A stretch of 64,000 nt of DNA from Pseudomonadota bacterium (GCA_040756765.1 JBFLYG010000032.1:21227-85226), one strand, 5' to 3'. Numbered from the stretch's first letter, positions 39,531 through 50,096 are shown. Notes: generated from the sequence alone by a model not told the origin. Numbers and translations: made by a program.

Positions 39531-42005
39531 TTGCGCACCTTCGACAGCCCTCTCCCGATCGACGCCGTGCTCGGCGACCTGCAGGCCGCGCTCGCCGCGC
39601 GCACCGCCACGGTGCTGGTGGCGCCGCCCGGCGCCGGCAAGACCACGCGCGTGCCGCTGGCGCTCCTCGACGAGCCGTGGGTGGGAGACCGCAAGATCAT
39701 CGTGCTGGAGCCGCGGCGGATCGCCGCGCGCGCCAGCGCCGAGCGCATGGCGAAGACGCTCGGCGAGAAGGTCGGCGATACCGTCGGCTACCGCGTGCGC
39801 TTCGGCTCGAAAGTCTCACGCCGCACCCGCATCGAGGTGGTGACCGAGGGCATCTTCACCCGCCAGATCCTCGACGATCCGGAGCTGTCGGGCATCGCCG
39901 CGGTGCTGTTCGACGAATTCCACGAGCGCTCGCTCGATGCCGACCTCGGCCTTGCGCTGGCGCGTGACGCGCAGCAGGGGTTGCGCGAGGATCTGCGCAT
40001 CCTGGTGATGTCGGCGACCCTCGACGGCGCGCGGGTGGCGAAGCTGCTCGGTGACGCGCCGGTGGTGGAGAGCGAGGGCCGCGCGTTCCCGGTCGAGACG
40101 TGCTATCTCGGCCGCAAGGTCGATTTCACCATCGAGCGGCAGATGGCGGATGCCATCGCCGCCGCGCTGCGCACCGATGCCGGCTCGGTGCTGGCGTTCC
40201 TGCCCGGCGCCGCCGAAATCCGGCGCACCCAGACCATGCTCGCCGAGCGCATCCACGATGCCAGCATCGATGTCGTGCCGCTGTTCGGCGCCATGGAGGC
40301 CGCGGCGCAGGACCGTGCCATCGCGCCGGCGCCCAGGGGCAGCCGCAAGGTGGTGCTGGCGACCTCGATCGCCGAGACGTCGCTGACCATCGAGGGCGTG
40401 CGCATCGTGGTGGATTGCGGGCTCGCGCGGGTGCCGCGCTATGAGCCCGATATCGGCCTGACACGGCTCGAGACGGTGCGCGCGTCGCGCGCCGCGGTCG
40501 ACCAGCGGCGCGGCCGCGCCGGCCGCACCGAGCCCGGCGTGTGCTATCGTTTGTGGGACGAGCCGCAGACTGCGTCTTTCGAGCCTTATACGCGGCCCGA
40601 AATCCTGTCGTCCGACCTGTCGCCGCTGCTGCTCGACCTCGCCCAGTGGGGCGTGCGCGATCCCGGCCAGCTCGCCTTCCTCGATCCGCCGCCGGCGCCG
40701 GCATTGAGCGAGGCGCGGGCACTGCTGGAAGAGCTCGACGCGCTCGACGGCGATGGCCGCATCACCACCGAGGGCAAAAGCCTGCGCGCCCTGGCGCTGC
40801 CGCCGCGGCTCGCGCGCATGATCGTGGATTCGCACCGGCTCGGCGGCGGCGCCGAGGCGGCCACGATCGCCGCCATCGTGACCGAGCGCGGCCTCGGTGG
40901 CGACAGCGTCGATCTCGACGCGCGGCTCGATCAGTTTCGCCGCGACCGCTCGCCGCGCGCGGCGCAGGCGCGTCAGCTCGCCGAGCGCTGGGCCGGACAG
41001 GTCGCCGCGACGGAAGGCGACGCTCCTGACCAGGCGCCGCCGTCGACTGGCGTGATGCTGGCGCTCGCCTTTCCCGACCGTGTGGCGCGCAACCGCGGCA
41101 CCGGCGGCTTCGTGCTCGCCAATGGCCGCGGCGCCGCGATCGAGCCGACCTCGGCGCTGGCGCGTGCGCCGTTCGTTGCCGTCGCCGAGCTCACCGGCAC
41201 CGCGGCGCAAGGCCGCATCCTGCTGGCGGCGCCGATCACGCTGGCCGAGATCGAAGCGCGCTTCGCCGGCCATATCACCACCGACGATGAGATCAGTTTC
41301 GACCGCAACGCCGCCGCGCTGCGTGCTCGCCGCCGCACCCGCCTGCATGCCATCGTGCTGGCGGAACAGCCGCTGTCGATCAGGCCGTCAGCGGAGAGTG
41401 CTGCGGTGCTGGCGCAGGGGCTGATCGATCGCGGCCTCGATCGCCTGCCATGGTCGAAGCCGCTGAAGCAGTGGCGCGACCGGGTGATGTTCTTGCGCGC
41501 CGCCGCGCCCGAAGAATGGCCCGACCTCTCCGATGCGGCACTCGCCGCGCGCCGCGACGACTGGCTGGTGCCGGCGCTGTTCGACAAGACCGCGCTGGCG
41601 CAGCTCTCGGCCGGCGATCTCTCGGACGCGGTGATGAATCTCCTGCCCTGGCAGGACCGTGCGCGGCTCGATCGCGAGGCGCCGACCCATTTCGAGGCGC
41701 CGACCGGATCGATGATCCCGATCGACTACGAGGCGGAGGAGGGCGCCAAGATCTCGGTGCGCCTGCAGGAGCTGTTCGGCCTCAACCGCCATCCGTCGGT
41801 GGCGCAGGACCGCGTGCCGCTGGTGGTCGAATTGTTGTCGCCGGCGCACCGCCCGGTGCAGGTCACGCGCGATCTTCCGGGCTTCTGGCGCGGCAGCTAC
41901 GCCGCGGTGCGCTCCGACCTGCGCGGACGCTATCCCCGCCACCCCTGGCCGGAGGATCCGGCGAGCGCGGCGCCGACCCGCCGCGCCAAGCCGCGCGGCA
42001 CCTGA
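39531..42005 (+). CDS. hrpB: ATP-dependent RNA helicase HrpB (DEAH-box)
   Basis: 824 aa. Walker A APPGAGKTT, DEFHER (DEAH variant), helicase C domain and HrpB C-terminal domain. Confidence 0.9.
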   Translation: MRTFDSPLPIDAVLGDLQAALAARTATVLVAPPGAGKTTRVPLALLDEPWVGDRKIIVLEPRRIAARASAERMAKTLGEKVGDTVGYRVRFGSKVSRRTRIEVVTEGIFTRQILDDPELSGIAAVLFDEFHERSLDADLGLALARDAQQGLREDLRILVMSATLDGARVAKLLGDAPVVESEGRAFPVETCYLGRKVDFTIERQMADAIAAALRTDAGSVLAFLPGAAEIRRTQTMLAERIHDASIDVVPLFGAMEAAAQDRAIAPAPRGSRKVVLATSIAETSLTIEGVRIVVDCGLARVPRYEPDIGLTRLETVRASRAAVDQRRGRAGRTEPGVCYRLWDEPQTASFEPYTRPEILSSDLSPLLLDLAQWGVRDPGQLAFLDPPPAPALSEARALLEELDALDGDGRITTEGKSLRALALPPRLARMIVDSHRLGGGAEAATIAAIVTERGLGGDSVDLDARLDQFRRDRSPRAAQARQLAERWAGQVAATEGDAPDQAPPSTGVMLALAFPDRVARNRGTGGFVLANGRGAAIEPTSALARAPFVAVAELTGTAAQGRILLAAPITLAEIEARFAGHITTDDEISFDRNAAALRARRRTRLHAIVLAEQPLSIRPSAESAAVLAQGLIDRGLDRLPWSKPLKQWRDRVMFLRAAAPEEWPDLSDAALAARRDDWLVPALFDKTALAQLSAGDLSDAVMNLLPWQDRARLDREAPTHFEAPTGSMIPIDYEAEEGAKISVRLQELFGLNRHPSVAQDRVPLVVELLSPAHRPVQVTRDLPGFWRGSYAAVRSDLRGRYPRHPWPEDPASAAPTRRAKPRGT

Positions 42006-42136
42006 AACGACCGCCATTAACGCTTCGCTCACCCTTTTCGCTGAAATAGGAAAGCTCCGGTGCGGCGTTGAGCGGCGGCGTCCCCGATGGCGTGATTTGA
42101 TCGCGCCGACGGGTGGGTCAGGCAGGTGTATGCGTC

Positions 42137-42655
42137 ATGCGTAGCATTATGATCTTCGCCGCCATCATGATCGTGGCCGGAACCCTGATGGCTGAGCTTG
42201 CCGACCGGCTGACATCGGCGGCGCCTGCGAAAGCCGCGACGGTCGCGCCCGTTGCAACCCAGTCTCCCCAGGCCATGGCCTCCGGTGACCGCACCGTCAC
42301 CATTCCCCGCGACCAGCGCGGCCACTTCCAGACCGACGGGCGCATCGAGGGCCAGCGTCTCAACTTCATGGTCGACACCGGCGCGTCGGTGGTGGCCCTG
42401 ACCGAGAACGACGCGGCGCGGATCGGCATGCGCCCCTCCCGCGGCGACTACAATGCCACCGTCACCACCGCCAACGGCACCGTGAAGGGCGCGCGCATCC
42501 GGCTCGCCAGCCTCGACGTCGGCGGTCTCGTGGTGCGCGATGTCGACGCCCTGGTGCTGCCTGAAGGGGTGCTGAGCGAGAACCTGCTCGGCCTGTCCTA
42601 TCTCTCCCGCCTCAAGCGGTTCGAATTCGCCAACGGCCAGATGGTCCTGCAATAA
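42137..42655 (+). CDS. retropepsin-like (clan AA) aspartic protease, membrane-anchored (TIGR02281 type)
   Basis: N-terminal TM segment, catalytic FMVDTGAS motif. Confidence 0.7.
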   Translation: MRSIMIFAAIMIVAGTLMAELADRLTSAAPAKAATVAPVATQSPQAMASGDRTVTIPRDQRGHFQTDGRIEGQRLNFMVDTGASVVALTENDAARIGMRPSRGDYNATVTTANGTVKGARIRLASLDVGGLVVRDVDALVLPEGVLSENLLGLSYLSRLKRFEFANGQMVLQ

Positions 42656-42786
42656 ATCCGTCACGAAGCCGGACCTGTTGCGCCGTAATTGATCCCTACC
42701 GTCGTGCCGACCCGCCTTTTGAAGCCATTGCGGGCTGAAGGTCTTTTCAGACTTTCCGGCCTCCGCTATGGCTTCATCTTTCCCCG

Positions 42787-44304
42787 ATGACGAGGCCTTT
42801 TTTGATGTTTCCGAAGCCGAAAGCCGCGCTGACCCCGAATACCTATGCCTACGAATCCGAGCCGATGGTGAAGGCGACCGGGTTCCGCGAGTACGACGCG
42901 CGCTGGCTGTTCAGCAAGGAAATCAACCTGATGGGGGTGCAGGCGCTGGGCATGGGCCTCGGCACCCTGATCGCCGAGCTAGGCCAGAAGCAGGAGATCG
43001 TGACCGGCCACGACTTCCGCGGCTATTCGGCCTCGATCAAGTACGCCCTGATTTCCGGCCTGCTCGCCGCCGGCTGCAAGGTCCACGACATCGGCCTCGC
43101 GGTGACGCCGATGGCCTACTTCGCGCAGTTCGACCTCGACGTGGCCTGCGTGGCGATGGTCACGGCCTCGCACAACGACAATGGCTGGACCGGCGTGAAG
43201 ATGGGCGCCAACCGTCCGCTGACCTTCGGCCCCGACGAGATGACGCGGCTCAAGGAGATCGTGCTCAATGCCGACTTCAGGACCGGCAGCGGCGGCTCCT
43301 ATCAGTTCCACGAGAACTTCCCGGCGCGCTACATCGCCGACCTCACCAACCGTCCCAAGCTGAAGCGCAAGCTCAAGGTGGTCGTCGCCGCCGGCAACGG
43401 CACCGCCGGCGCGTTCGCGCCCAAGGTGATGGAGGCGATCGGCTGCGAGGTGATCCCGCTCGATGTCGACCTCGACCACACCTTCCCGAAGTACAATCCC
43501 AATCCGGAAGACATGGAGATGCTGCACGCGATCCGCGATGCGGTGCTCGCGCACAAGGCCGATGTCGGTCTCGGCTTCGACGGCGACGGCGATCGCTGCG
43601 GCGTGGTCGACGATACCGGCGAGGAGATTTTCGCCGACAAGGTCGGCGTGCTGCTGGCGCGCGACATGTCGGCGCTGCACAAGAACGCGCAGTTCGTCGT
43701 CGACGTGAAGTCGACCGGGCTGTTCGTCACCGATCCGGTGCTGCAGCAGCAGGGCGCGACCACGACCTACTGGAAGACCGGCCATTCCTACATGAAGCGC
43801 CGTACCCATGAACTGAAGGCGCTGGCGGGTTTCGAGAAGTCCGGCCACTTCTTCTTCAACGCGCCGGTCGGCCGCGGCTATGACGACGGCCTGGTGTCGG
43901 CGATCGCGATCTGCGAGATGCTCGACCGCGCCGAAGGCAAGAAGATGTCGGACCTCAAGAACGCGCTGCCCAAGACCTGGTCGTCGCCGACCATGTCGCC
44001 GCACTGCGCCGACGAGACCAAGTACGGCGTCGTCGATGAGGTCGTGAAGCATTTCGAGGACCTGAAGGCCAAGGGCGCCAAGGTTGCGGGCCAGGCGATC
44101 CGCGACCTCGTCACCGTCAACGGCGTGCGTGTCACGGTCGAGGACGGCAGCTGGGGCCTGGTGCGCGCCTCCTCCAACAAGCCGGAGCTCGTGGTGGTGG
44201 TCGAGAGCCCGGTGTCGGAGCAGCGCATGCGCGACATGTTCGAGGCGATGGATTCGGTGCTGCGCACCCATCCCGAGGTCGGCGAGTACAACCAGAAGAT
44301 CTGA
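42787..44304 (+). CDS. phosphomannomutase/phosphoglucomutase
   Basis: 505 aa. Active-site TASHNDNGW (phospho-Ser loop) and metal-binding GFDGDGDR. Start may be M7 (42805). Confidence 0.85.
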   Translation: MTRPFLMFPKPKAALTPNTYAYESEPMVKATGFREYDARWLFSKEINLMGVQALGMGLGTLIAELGQKQEIVTGHDFRGYSASIKYALISGLLAAGCKVHDIGLAVTPMAYFAQFDLDVACVAMVTASHNDNGWTGVKMGANRPLTFGPDEMTRLKEIVLNADFRTGSGGSYQFHENFPARYIADLTNRPKLKRKLKVVVAAGNGTAGAFAPKVMEAIGCEVIPLDVDLDHTFPKYNPNPEDMEMLHAIRDAVLAHKADVGLGFDGDGDRCGVVDDTGEEIFADKVGVLLARDMSALHKNAQFVVDVKSTGLFVTDPVLQQQGATTTYWKTGHSYMKRRTHELKALAGFEKSGHFFFNAPVGRGYDDGLVSAIAICEMLDRAEGKKMSDLKNALPKTWSSPTMSPHCADETKYGVVDEVVKHFEDLKAKGAKVAGQAIRDLVTVNGVRVTVEDGSWGLVRASSNKPELVVVVESPVSEQRMRDMFEAMDSVLRTHPEVGEYNQKI

Positions 44305-44335
44305 TCCCGGGCGACGGCCGCCTGCCACGATCGAA

Positions 44336-44367
44336 GCCCCGCCGCGCGCCCGCCGGCGGGGCTTTTG
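44336..44367 (+). terminator. rho-independent terminator after the phosphomannomutase gene
   Basis: GCCCCGCCGCGCGCCCGCCGGCGGGGCTTTTG: stem-loop plus T-run. Confidence 0.6.
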
Positions 44368-44536
44368 CGTGGGCGATGCCTGTCGCCGGTGGAACCTGTG
44401 CCCGGCGGGCCGCGGGACTGTCCGAAGATAAGGACGTTCTCCGGCGGGAGGTTTTCGAAGAAGGAACGGCTTTCATCGGCGCAAAAATCGCAGCGATGCA
44501 TCCATTGCACGAGCGCCCCTGCAAACGAGATAATGC

Positions 44537-44791
44537 ATGATCTTTCAACGCGCTGAGCGATCCATGCCGCAGGCCAGCTTCGACCCGTTCGGGGAGCCCG
44601 TCCCCACCGCGACCACCGACAGCCGGCGGCCGGCCGGCGCGTGGCTGGCACGCACCGGCAATGTGGTGTTCTGGTCACTGGCTGCCGCGATCGTCGCGGC
44701 GCGGGCCGCCTACTTCCATCCGGAGGTCGCGTTCCGTTTCAATGCCGCGGTCGCCTACCTGCACAGCGCGATCGCCGGCGTCTTCTCCTGA
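44537..44791 (+). CDS. hypothetical small protein (84 aa); weak call
   Basis: ORF in an otherwise empty 450-bp gap. No recognisable motif. Hydrophobic C-terminal segment. Confidence 0.3.
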   Translation: MIFQRAERSMPQASFDPFGEPVPTATTDSRRPAGAWLARTGNVVFWSLAAAIVAARAAYFHPEVAFRFNAAVAYLHSAIAGVFS

Positions 44792-44821
44792 TCGTTTTCT
44801 GATCTCTCCGGCGCGGCGCCG

Positions 44822-45724
44822 TCAGGCGCCGGCGCTTGCTGCTGTCTCGAGCAGCCGCTGAAACGCGCGGGCGGCCGGCATCTGCACGCGGCCCGGCATC
44901 TCGAGCTGCCAGAGCGTGCGTTCGATGTGGACGCCATCAATTGGCACCTGCTTGAGCCGTCCCAGCTGCACCTGATCGGCGACGGTGGCGGTGGAGACGA
45001 TCGAGACGCCGAATCCTGCGGCGACCGCCTGCTTGATGGCCTCGGTGCTGCCGATCTCCAGCGTGCGCGCCGGTGTGATCCCGTGGGTTTCCAGCGCCTG
45101 TGCGACGACCTCGCGGCTGCCCGATCCGGGCTCGCGCAGGATCAGGATCTCGTCGGCGAGCCGGCTGCGATCGAGCGGCCGCGGCGCGGCGGCGAACGCA
45201 TGATCCCGCCCCACGATCAGCTCCATCACATCGGTGCGCCAGGGACGCGCGACCAGTTTGTCGTCCTCCACCGGTCCTTCGACCAGTGCGATCTCTATCT
45301 CGTGGCCGAGCATCAGGTCGGCGATGTCGCGGGTGTTGGCGATCACGAGTTGCAGGTCGACGTTGGGATGGCTGCGATGGAAGCGGCCGAGGTCGTCGGC
45401 GATCATGTAGGTGGCGATGGTCGTGCTGGCGCCGACGCGCAGGGTGCCGCTGTCGAGGTTGCGCAGCGCCCGCAGTTCCTCTTCGGCGGCGCGCTCGGCC
45501 GCGAACAGCGCGTCGGCATGGCGGGCGAGGGCTTCTCCCTCCCGGGTCGGCCGCACGCCCCGCGGCTCGCGGTCGAGCAACCGGCATCCGACCTGCTCCT
45601 CGAAGTCCCGCACGCCCTTGGAGATGGCGGGCTGGCTGAGGTGCAGGATCTCCGCCGCCCGGGAGAAGCTGCCGGTCCGTGCGACGGTGGCAAACAGGCG
45701 GAGCAGATGCAGGTTCAGGGACAT
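44822..45724 (-). CDS. LysR-family transcriptional regulator (YeiE-like)
   Basis: 300 aa. HTH LHLLRLFATVARTGSFSRAAEILHLSQPAISKGVRDFE. Divergent from the yeiH-like gene. Confidence 0.8.
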   Translation of the reverse strand: MSLNLHLLRLFATVARTGSFSRAAEILHLSQPAISKGVRDFEEQVGCRLLDREPRGVRPTREGEALARHADALFAAERAAEEELRALRNLDSGTLRVGASTTIATYMIADDLGRFHRSHPNVDLQLVIANTRDIADLMLGHEIEIALVEGPVEDDKLVARPWRTDVMELIVGRDHAFAAAPRPLDRSRLADEILILREPGSGSREVVAQALETHGITPARTLEIGSTEAIKQAVAAGFGVSIVSTATVADQVQLGRLKQVPIDGVHIERTLWQLEMPGRVQMPAARAFQRLLETAASAGA

Positions 45725-45810
45725 TACTTTTCTCTATTGGCCTAAGAGGAAAAGATATTATCCTTGAGCGGCTGATTGGCGCATAAAATCTTCCAAATCT
45801 GGAGATTGAA

Positions 45811-46884
45811 GTGCCAAACGTCCTTACGCCGCCCGTTTCCCCCGATCCTGGCAGGGGTCGCCGGATCCGCGCCGTCGCCGGCCTTTTGCCCGGCATCGCG
45901 CTCTGCCTTGCGGTGACCCTGGCCTCGCTGGGGCTGCAGGAGCTCGAAACTCTCGGATTCGCGCATCCCTATGTCGAGGCCCTGGTCATCGCCATCCTGC
46001 TGGGGACGGCGCTGCGGACCTTGTGGGCGCCATCCGTTCGCTGGCAGGCCGGGATCGCGTTCAGCGCCAAGCAGTTGCTCGAGCTTGCCGTGATGCTGCT
46101 CGGGGCCTCCATCAGCTTCGCGGCGGTGGCGGCGTCAGGCGTGCTGCTGATCGCCGTGATCGTGGCGATCGTGATGGTCGCCATCGCCACGAGCTACGTC
46201 ATCGCGCGTGCGCTTGGGCTGCCCACGCGGCTGTCGATCCTGATCGCCTGCGGCAACTCGATCTGCGGCAACTCGGCGATCGCAGCCGTGGCGCCGGTGA
46301 TCGGCGCCGACGGCGAGGACATCGCTTCGTCGATCTCGTTCACCGCGGTGCTCGGCGTGCTGATGGTGCTGGGGCTGCCGCTGCTGATTCCGTTGCTCAA
46401 GCTGTCGGCGAACCAGTACGGCATCCTCTCCGGGCTGACGGTCTATGCGGTGCCGCAGGTGCTGGCGGCGACGGTGCCGGCCGGCCTCGTCAGCACCCAG
46501 GTCGGCACGCTGGTCAAGCTGGTGCGGGTGCTGATGCTCGGCCCGGTCGTGGTCGCCTTCTCGCTGTTCGGCGGGGCGTTGCGCGGCGAAGCGGCCGACA
46601 CGGCGGCGCCGCGGCGCCTGCCGCTGTTGCGGCTGGTGCCGTGGTTCATTCTCGGCTTTCTGATGCTGGCCGCGCTGCGCTCGCTGGCGCTGGTGCCGGA
46701 TGCGGCGATCGCCCCGATCACCAGGATCGCCGGCTTCCTGACGGTGGTCTCGATGGCCGCGCTCGGCCTCGGCGTCGACGTGCGGGTGATCGGGCGGGTC
46801 GGCGGCAAGGTGACCGCGGCGGTCACGCTGTCGCTGCTGCTGCTGCTCCTGATGAGCCTCGGCGCGGTTCACCTGTTCGCCTGA
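45811..46884 (+). CDS. yeiH: YeiH/UPF0324-family membrane protein (putative sulfate exporter)
   Basis: 357 aa, ~10 TM segments. Paired with a divergent LysR regulator as in the E. coli yeiE-yeiH arrangement. Confidence 0.75.
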   Translation: MPNVLTPPVSPDPGRGRRIRAVAGLLPGIALCLAVTLASLGLQELETLGFAHPYVEALVIAILLGTALRTLWAPSVRWQAGIAFSAKQLLELAVMLLGASISFAAVAASGVLLIAVIVAIVMVAIATSYVIARALGLPTRLSILIACGNSICGNSAIAAVAPVIGADGEDIASSISFTAVLGVLMVLGLPLLIPLLKLSANQYGILSGLTVYAVPQVLAATVPAGLVSTQVGTLVKLVRVLMLGPVVVAFSLFGGALRGEAADTAAPRRLPLLRLVPWFILGFLMLAALRSLALVPDAAIAPITRIAGFLTVVSMAALGLGVDVRVIGRVGGKVTAAVTLSLLLLLLMSLGAVHLFA

Positions 46885-46920
46885 CGGCCGCGTGCCCGCC
46901 AGGCGGCGGGCCCGGCGGCG

Positions 46921-47430
46921 TCAGACGGCGCTGGCGGGCGGCACCGGCAGCGCGGTCACCGACTTGATCTTTTCCATGGCGAAGCGCGAGGTGACGTTCT
47001 TGAGCGGCACGGAGCTGATCAGCTTCTTGTAGAACACGTCGTAGCTCTGCATGTCTGCAACCACGACGCGCAGCATGTAGTCGACGTCGCCGGCCATCCG
47101 GTAGAACTCCATCACCTCCGGCATGGCGCTGACCGCGTCGGCGAACTTCTTCAGCCAGGCTTCGGAATGGTCGCCGCTCTCGATCGAGACGAACACCGAG
47201 ATGCCGAGCCCGATCTTGTTCTGATCGACGAGGGCCACCCGGCGCAGGATGATGCCCTCCGCTTCCAGCCGCTGGATGCGCTTCCAGCACGGCGTCGAGG
47301 ACAGCCCGACCCGGTCGCCGATCTCGGCGACGGACAGGGAGGCATCGTCCTGCAGGACGGTCAGGATCTTGCGGTCGATGGCATCGAGCCGGCGGTGGGT
47401 GTCGGGGGTGGCAACGGCCAGGTCAGTCAT
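46921..47430 (-). CDS. lrp: Lrp/AsnC-family transcriptional regulator
   Basis: 169 aa. HTH LDAIDRKILTVLQDDASLSVAEIGDRVGLSSTPCWKRIQRLE plus RAM domain. Confidence 0.85.
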   Translation of the reverse strand: MTDLAVATPDTHRRLDAIDRKILTVLQDDASLSVAEIGDRVGLSSTPCWKRIQRLEAEGIILRRVALVDQNKIGLGISVFVSIESGDHSEAWLKKFADAVSAMPEVMEFYRMAGDVDYMLRVVVADMQSYDVFYKKLISSVPLKNVTSRFAMEKIKSVTALPVPPASAV

Positions 47431-47536
47431 GGCGAAGAACTTTTTTCCAATAATTGGGATAATCTACCTCATATATAGAAAATTCTTCTCGCGCAAGGCC
47501 TCCGCGTCTGGAACTCGTCCAGTCCTGCCACACCGC

Positions 47537-48457
47537 TCAGGTGTCGGCTAAAAGGCTTTCAACTTCAGTGCGTTGCGGGGTGGCAAAAGCGCTGCCGAAG
47601 CGGGCGCATTTCAGGGCCGCAGCGGCGCAACCAAAGCGCATGGCCTGCGTGACGGGCTGCCCCTCGGCGATCGCGAGGGTGAAGGCGCCATGGAACACGT
47701 CGCCCGCGCCCAGCGTGTCGACGGGGGTGATCGGGAACGATGGCACGCGCTGACTGCGGCGCTGCGCGTCGAGCCAGTCGACGCCGTCGGCGCCGCGGGT
47801 CACGGCCAGGAACGCCGGCGTGAGGTCGGCGATGTCCGCGAGCGCGCCGGCGAAGTCGTCGTGGCCGACGGTCGCCTGCAGCGCTTCCGCCGAGAAGATC
47901 ACGTGCGTCGACAGCGCCAGCACCTCCTCGCGCAACGTCATGATGCGGTCGGCGTCGAGCACCACCGGCAGGCCGCGCCGCCGCGCCTCGCGGCACAGCC
48001 CGGCGACGAAGTCGGAGCAGCGGCTCTCGGTGAGCACCGCGCCGACGCCGTCGAGCAGCGCCGCCGCGTCCGGCAGGACGACGTTCCAGAGTTTTGGATC
48101 GCGATAGGTCACCACCGTGCGCTCGCCGGCGGCGTCGATCATGATGCTGGAGACCGGCGTCAGCGTGCCGGGCACGTGCACCATGTGGGCGATGTCGATG
48201 CTCTCGCGCGCGAGCAGCGCAAGAATGTGCTGGGTGTCGGCGATGGACTCGCCGACCGGGCCGGTCAGGCGGACGCGCCCGCCGAGGCGCGCGATCGCGA
48301 CCGCGGCATTGGGTGCGTTGCCGCCGCAGATCTGGTCGAACTCGCTGGCGCGGATCTTGCGGCCGGGCGACGGCAGCGCGTCGATGCGCAGCACGAGGTC
48401 GCGCACCGGCATGCCGACACAGAGAATGAGCGGCGCGGGGCGGTCAGCGGTGGTCAT
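47537..48457 (-). CDS. PfkB-family carbohydrate kinase (ribokinase-like)
   Basis: 306 aa with the C-terminal signature DTLGAGDVFHGAF. Confidence 0.8.
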   Translation of the reverse strand: MTTADRPAPLILCVGMPVRDLVLRIDALPSPGRKIRASEFDQICGGNAPNAAVAIARLGGRVRLTGPVGESIADTQHILALLARESIDIAHMVHVPGTLTPVSSIMIDAAGERTVVTYRDPKLWNVVLPDAAALLDGVGAVLTESRCSDFVAGLCREARRRGLPVVLDADRIMTLREEVLALSTHVIFSAEALQATVGHDDFAGALADIADLTPAFLAVTRGADGVDWLDAQRRSQRVPSFPITPVDTLGAGDVFHGAFTLAIAEGQPVTQAMRFGCAAAALKCARFGSAFATPQRTEVESLLADT

Positions 48458-48517
48458 CGTCGTCCTTGTCAGCGTGCCGTCGCGCCAGCGGCGGCACGGG
48501 TCCCGGGTGTCACCGCG

Positions 48518-49456
48518 TCAGGCGGTGGCGTTCACCCACTGCGCGAGCAGGTGATAGGCGATGGCGACGGGGTGGGGGCCGACCTTGCCGTCCGGGTGCT
48601 CGCGCTTGAGCATCTGCGCGGCTTCCGCGCGGTCGAACCAGCGCGCATCCTCGAGCTCGGTCTTGTCCACGACGATGTCGCTGGTGGTGGCGCGCGCGGT
48701 GCATCCGATCATCAGCGACGACGGATAGGGCCAGGGCTGCGCGCGGTAATAGGCGACGTCGGTGCACTGGATGCCGGCCTCTTCCAGCACCTCGCGGCGC
48801 ACCGCGTCCTCGATGGTCTCGGCGATCTCGACGAAGCCGGCGAGGCAGGACCACATGCCGGCAGGGAATTGGGCCTGGCGGCCGAGCAGGCAGCGCTCGC
48901 CGTCGGTGACCAGCATGATCACCACCGGGTCGGTGCGGGGGAAATGCTGCGCCTTGCAGTTCGGGCAGTCGCGGCGCCAGCCGCCGCTCGCCATCGCGGT
49001 GCGGTGGCCGCAATTGGCACAGAAGCCGTGGCGCTGGTGCCAGCCGACCAGCGCCTTCGCCATCGCGATGGTGGACAGCTCGTGCACCGGCAGCAGCCCC
49101 TGGGTGATGGCGCCGCGCAGGTCGTTGACCGCGACGTCGTCGCGGGTCAGCAGCGCCTCGGCCGCGTTCGCGGCAATGCCCATGCCGAACACCGGCTTGC
49201 CGTCGTTCAGCCCGAGAAACACGGTGCCGGGGTTGGCGCCGTAAGCGCGCGCTTCGGCGAGGGTGAGCAGCGCGGTCGGCGCGCCGCCGTCCTTGCGAAT
49301 CAGCAGCGAATCACGGTGCACCACATAGGCGCGGGCGTGGCTGTGGTCCTCGAGTGCGAGCAGCTTGGAGACGTCCTCGCGCAGATGGGCCGCGCGGTCG
49401 ATCGGATGCGTGGCGAAGCCCGGTGCGCCGACCGGGAACGTGGTGTTGGTGATCAT
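48518..49456 (-). CDS. nudC: NAD+ diphosphatase (NADH pyrophosphatase), NUDIX family with zinc ribbon
   Basis: Zinc ribbon CANCGH...CPNC and Nudix box GFVEIAETIEDAVRREVLEEAGI. Confidence 0.85.
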   Translation of the reverse strand: MITNTTFPVGAPGFATHPIDRAAHLREDVSKLLALEDHSHARAYVVHRDSLLIRKDGGAPTALLTLAEARAYGANPGTVFLGLNDGKPVFGMGIAANAAEALLTRDDVAVNDLRGAITQGLLPVHELSTIAMAKALVGWHQRHGFCANCGHRTAMASGGWRRDCPNCKAQHFPRTDPVVIMLVTDGERCLLGRQAQFPAGMWSCLAGFVEIAETIEDAVRREVLEEAGIQCTDVAYYRAQPWPYPSSLMIGCTARATTSDIVVDKTELEDARWFDRAEAAQMLKREHPDGKVGPHPVAIAYHLLAQWVNATA

Positions 49457-49462
49457 GGATGG

Positions 49463-49879
49463 TCAGCCGAGCCAGATTCTGCGCCGCAGCGCACTGATGA
49501 AGTCCGCAACCTCCTGCGGGTCGTGCTTGAGGGGCTGGACCGCGCCCCACACCGGCCTGGGCCAGGCCGCGTCGCTGCTCCGCCGCGCGATGATGTGGAC
49601 GTGAAGTTGCGGCACCATGTTGCCGAGCGCCGCGATGTTGAGCTTGTCGCATTTGGTGACGTCTTTCAACACGCGGGCGACGCGGGTCACCTCTGTCATC
49701 AGCTGCGCCTGCTCGACTTCGTCGAGATCGATGATTTCGGAAACGTCCGGACGGCGCGGGACGAGCAGCAACCAGGGATAGTTGGCGTCCTGGATCACCA
49801 GCACGCGGCTGAGCGGCAGGTCGCCGACGTTGAGGGTGTCTTTTTCAAGCTGAGCGTGGAGCGACCAGGCGGCGGGCAT
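49463..49879 (-). CDS. HIT-family hydrolase
   Basis: Start MPAAWSLHAQ... (M42 of ORF 49463..50002). Histidine triad HVHIIAR. Confidence 0.8.
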   Translation of the reverse strand: MPAAWSLHAQLEKDTLNVGDLPLSRVLVIQDANYPWLLLVPRRPDVSEIIDLDEVEQAQLMTEVTRVARVLKDVTKCDKLNIAALGNMVPQLHVHIIARRSSDAAWPRPVWGAVQPLKHDPQEVADFISALRRRIWLG

Positions 49880-49970
49880 GCGATTTCCAAATCGGGATCC
49901 TGCTGGAAACCCTAGCAGAAGTTGTTGCGCCGCGCTTGCTTTCCGGTCGCTTTGGCCCCAAATAGGGGCC

Positions 49971-50072
49971 GGGAGATTGGCGGTGGACGAGCCACTCGCC
50001 AACCGGGTCAGGTCCGGAAGGAAGCAGCCCTAACGAGAACCGGATCGGGTCGCTCGTCAGTCTCCCACCCAT
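49971..50072 (+). ncRNA. ffs: signal recognition particle RNA (4.5S RNA, small SRP RNA)
   Basis: Contains the universally conserved domain IV sequence GGUCAGGUCCGGAAGGAAGCAGCC. The 5' GGGAGA...GGUGGACGAGC pairs with the 3' GCUCGUC...UCUCCCACCC. Located directly upstream of dnaX, as in many bacteria. Confidence 0.75.
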
Positions 50073-50076
50073 ACAA

Positions 50077-50096
50077 CCCCGCAGTTGCGGTTTTTC
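50077..50096 (+). terminator. rho-independent terminator of ffs
   Basis: CCGCAGTTGCGG followed by TTTTT. Confidence 0.55.

Noticed and set aside
44537-44791. 84-aa ORF in the gap between the phosphomannomutase gene and the LysR regulator
   Set aside because: Kept only as a low-confidence feature. No RBS-like sequence and no motif. It could simply be promoter/terminator space.
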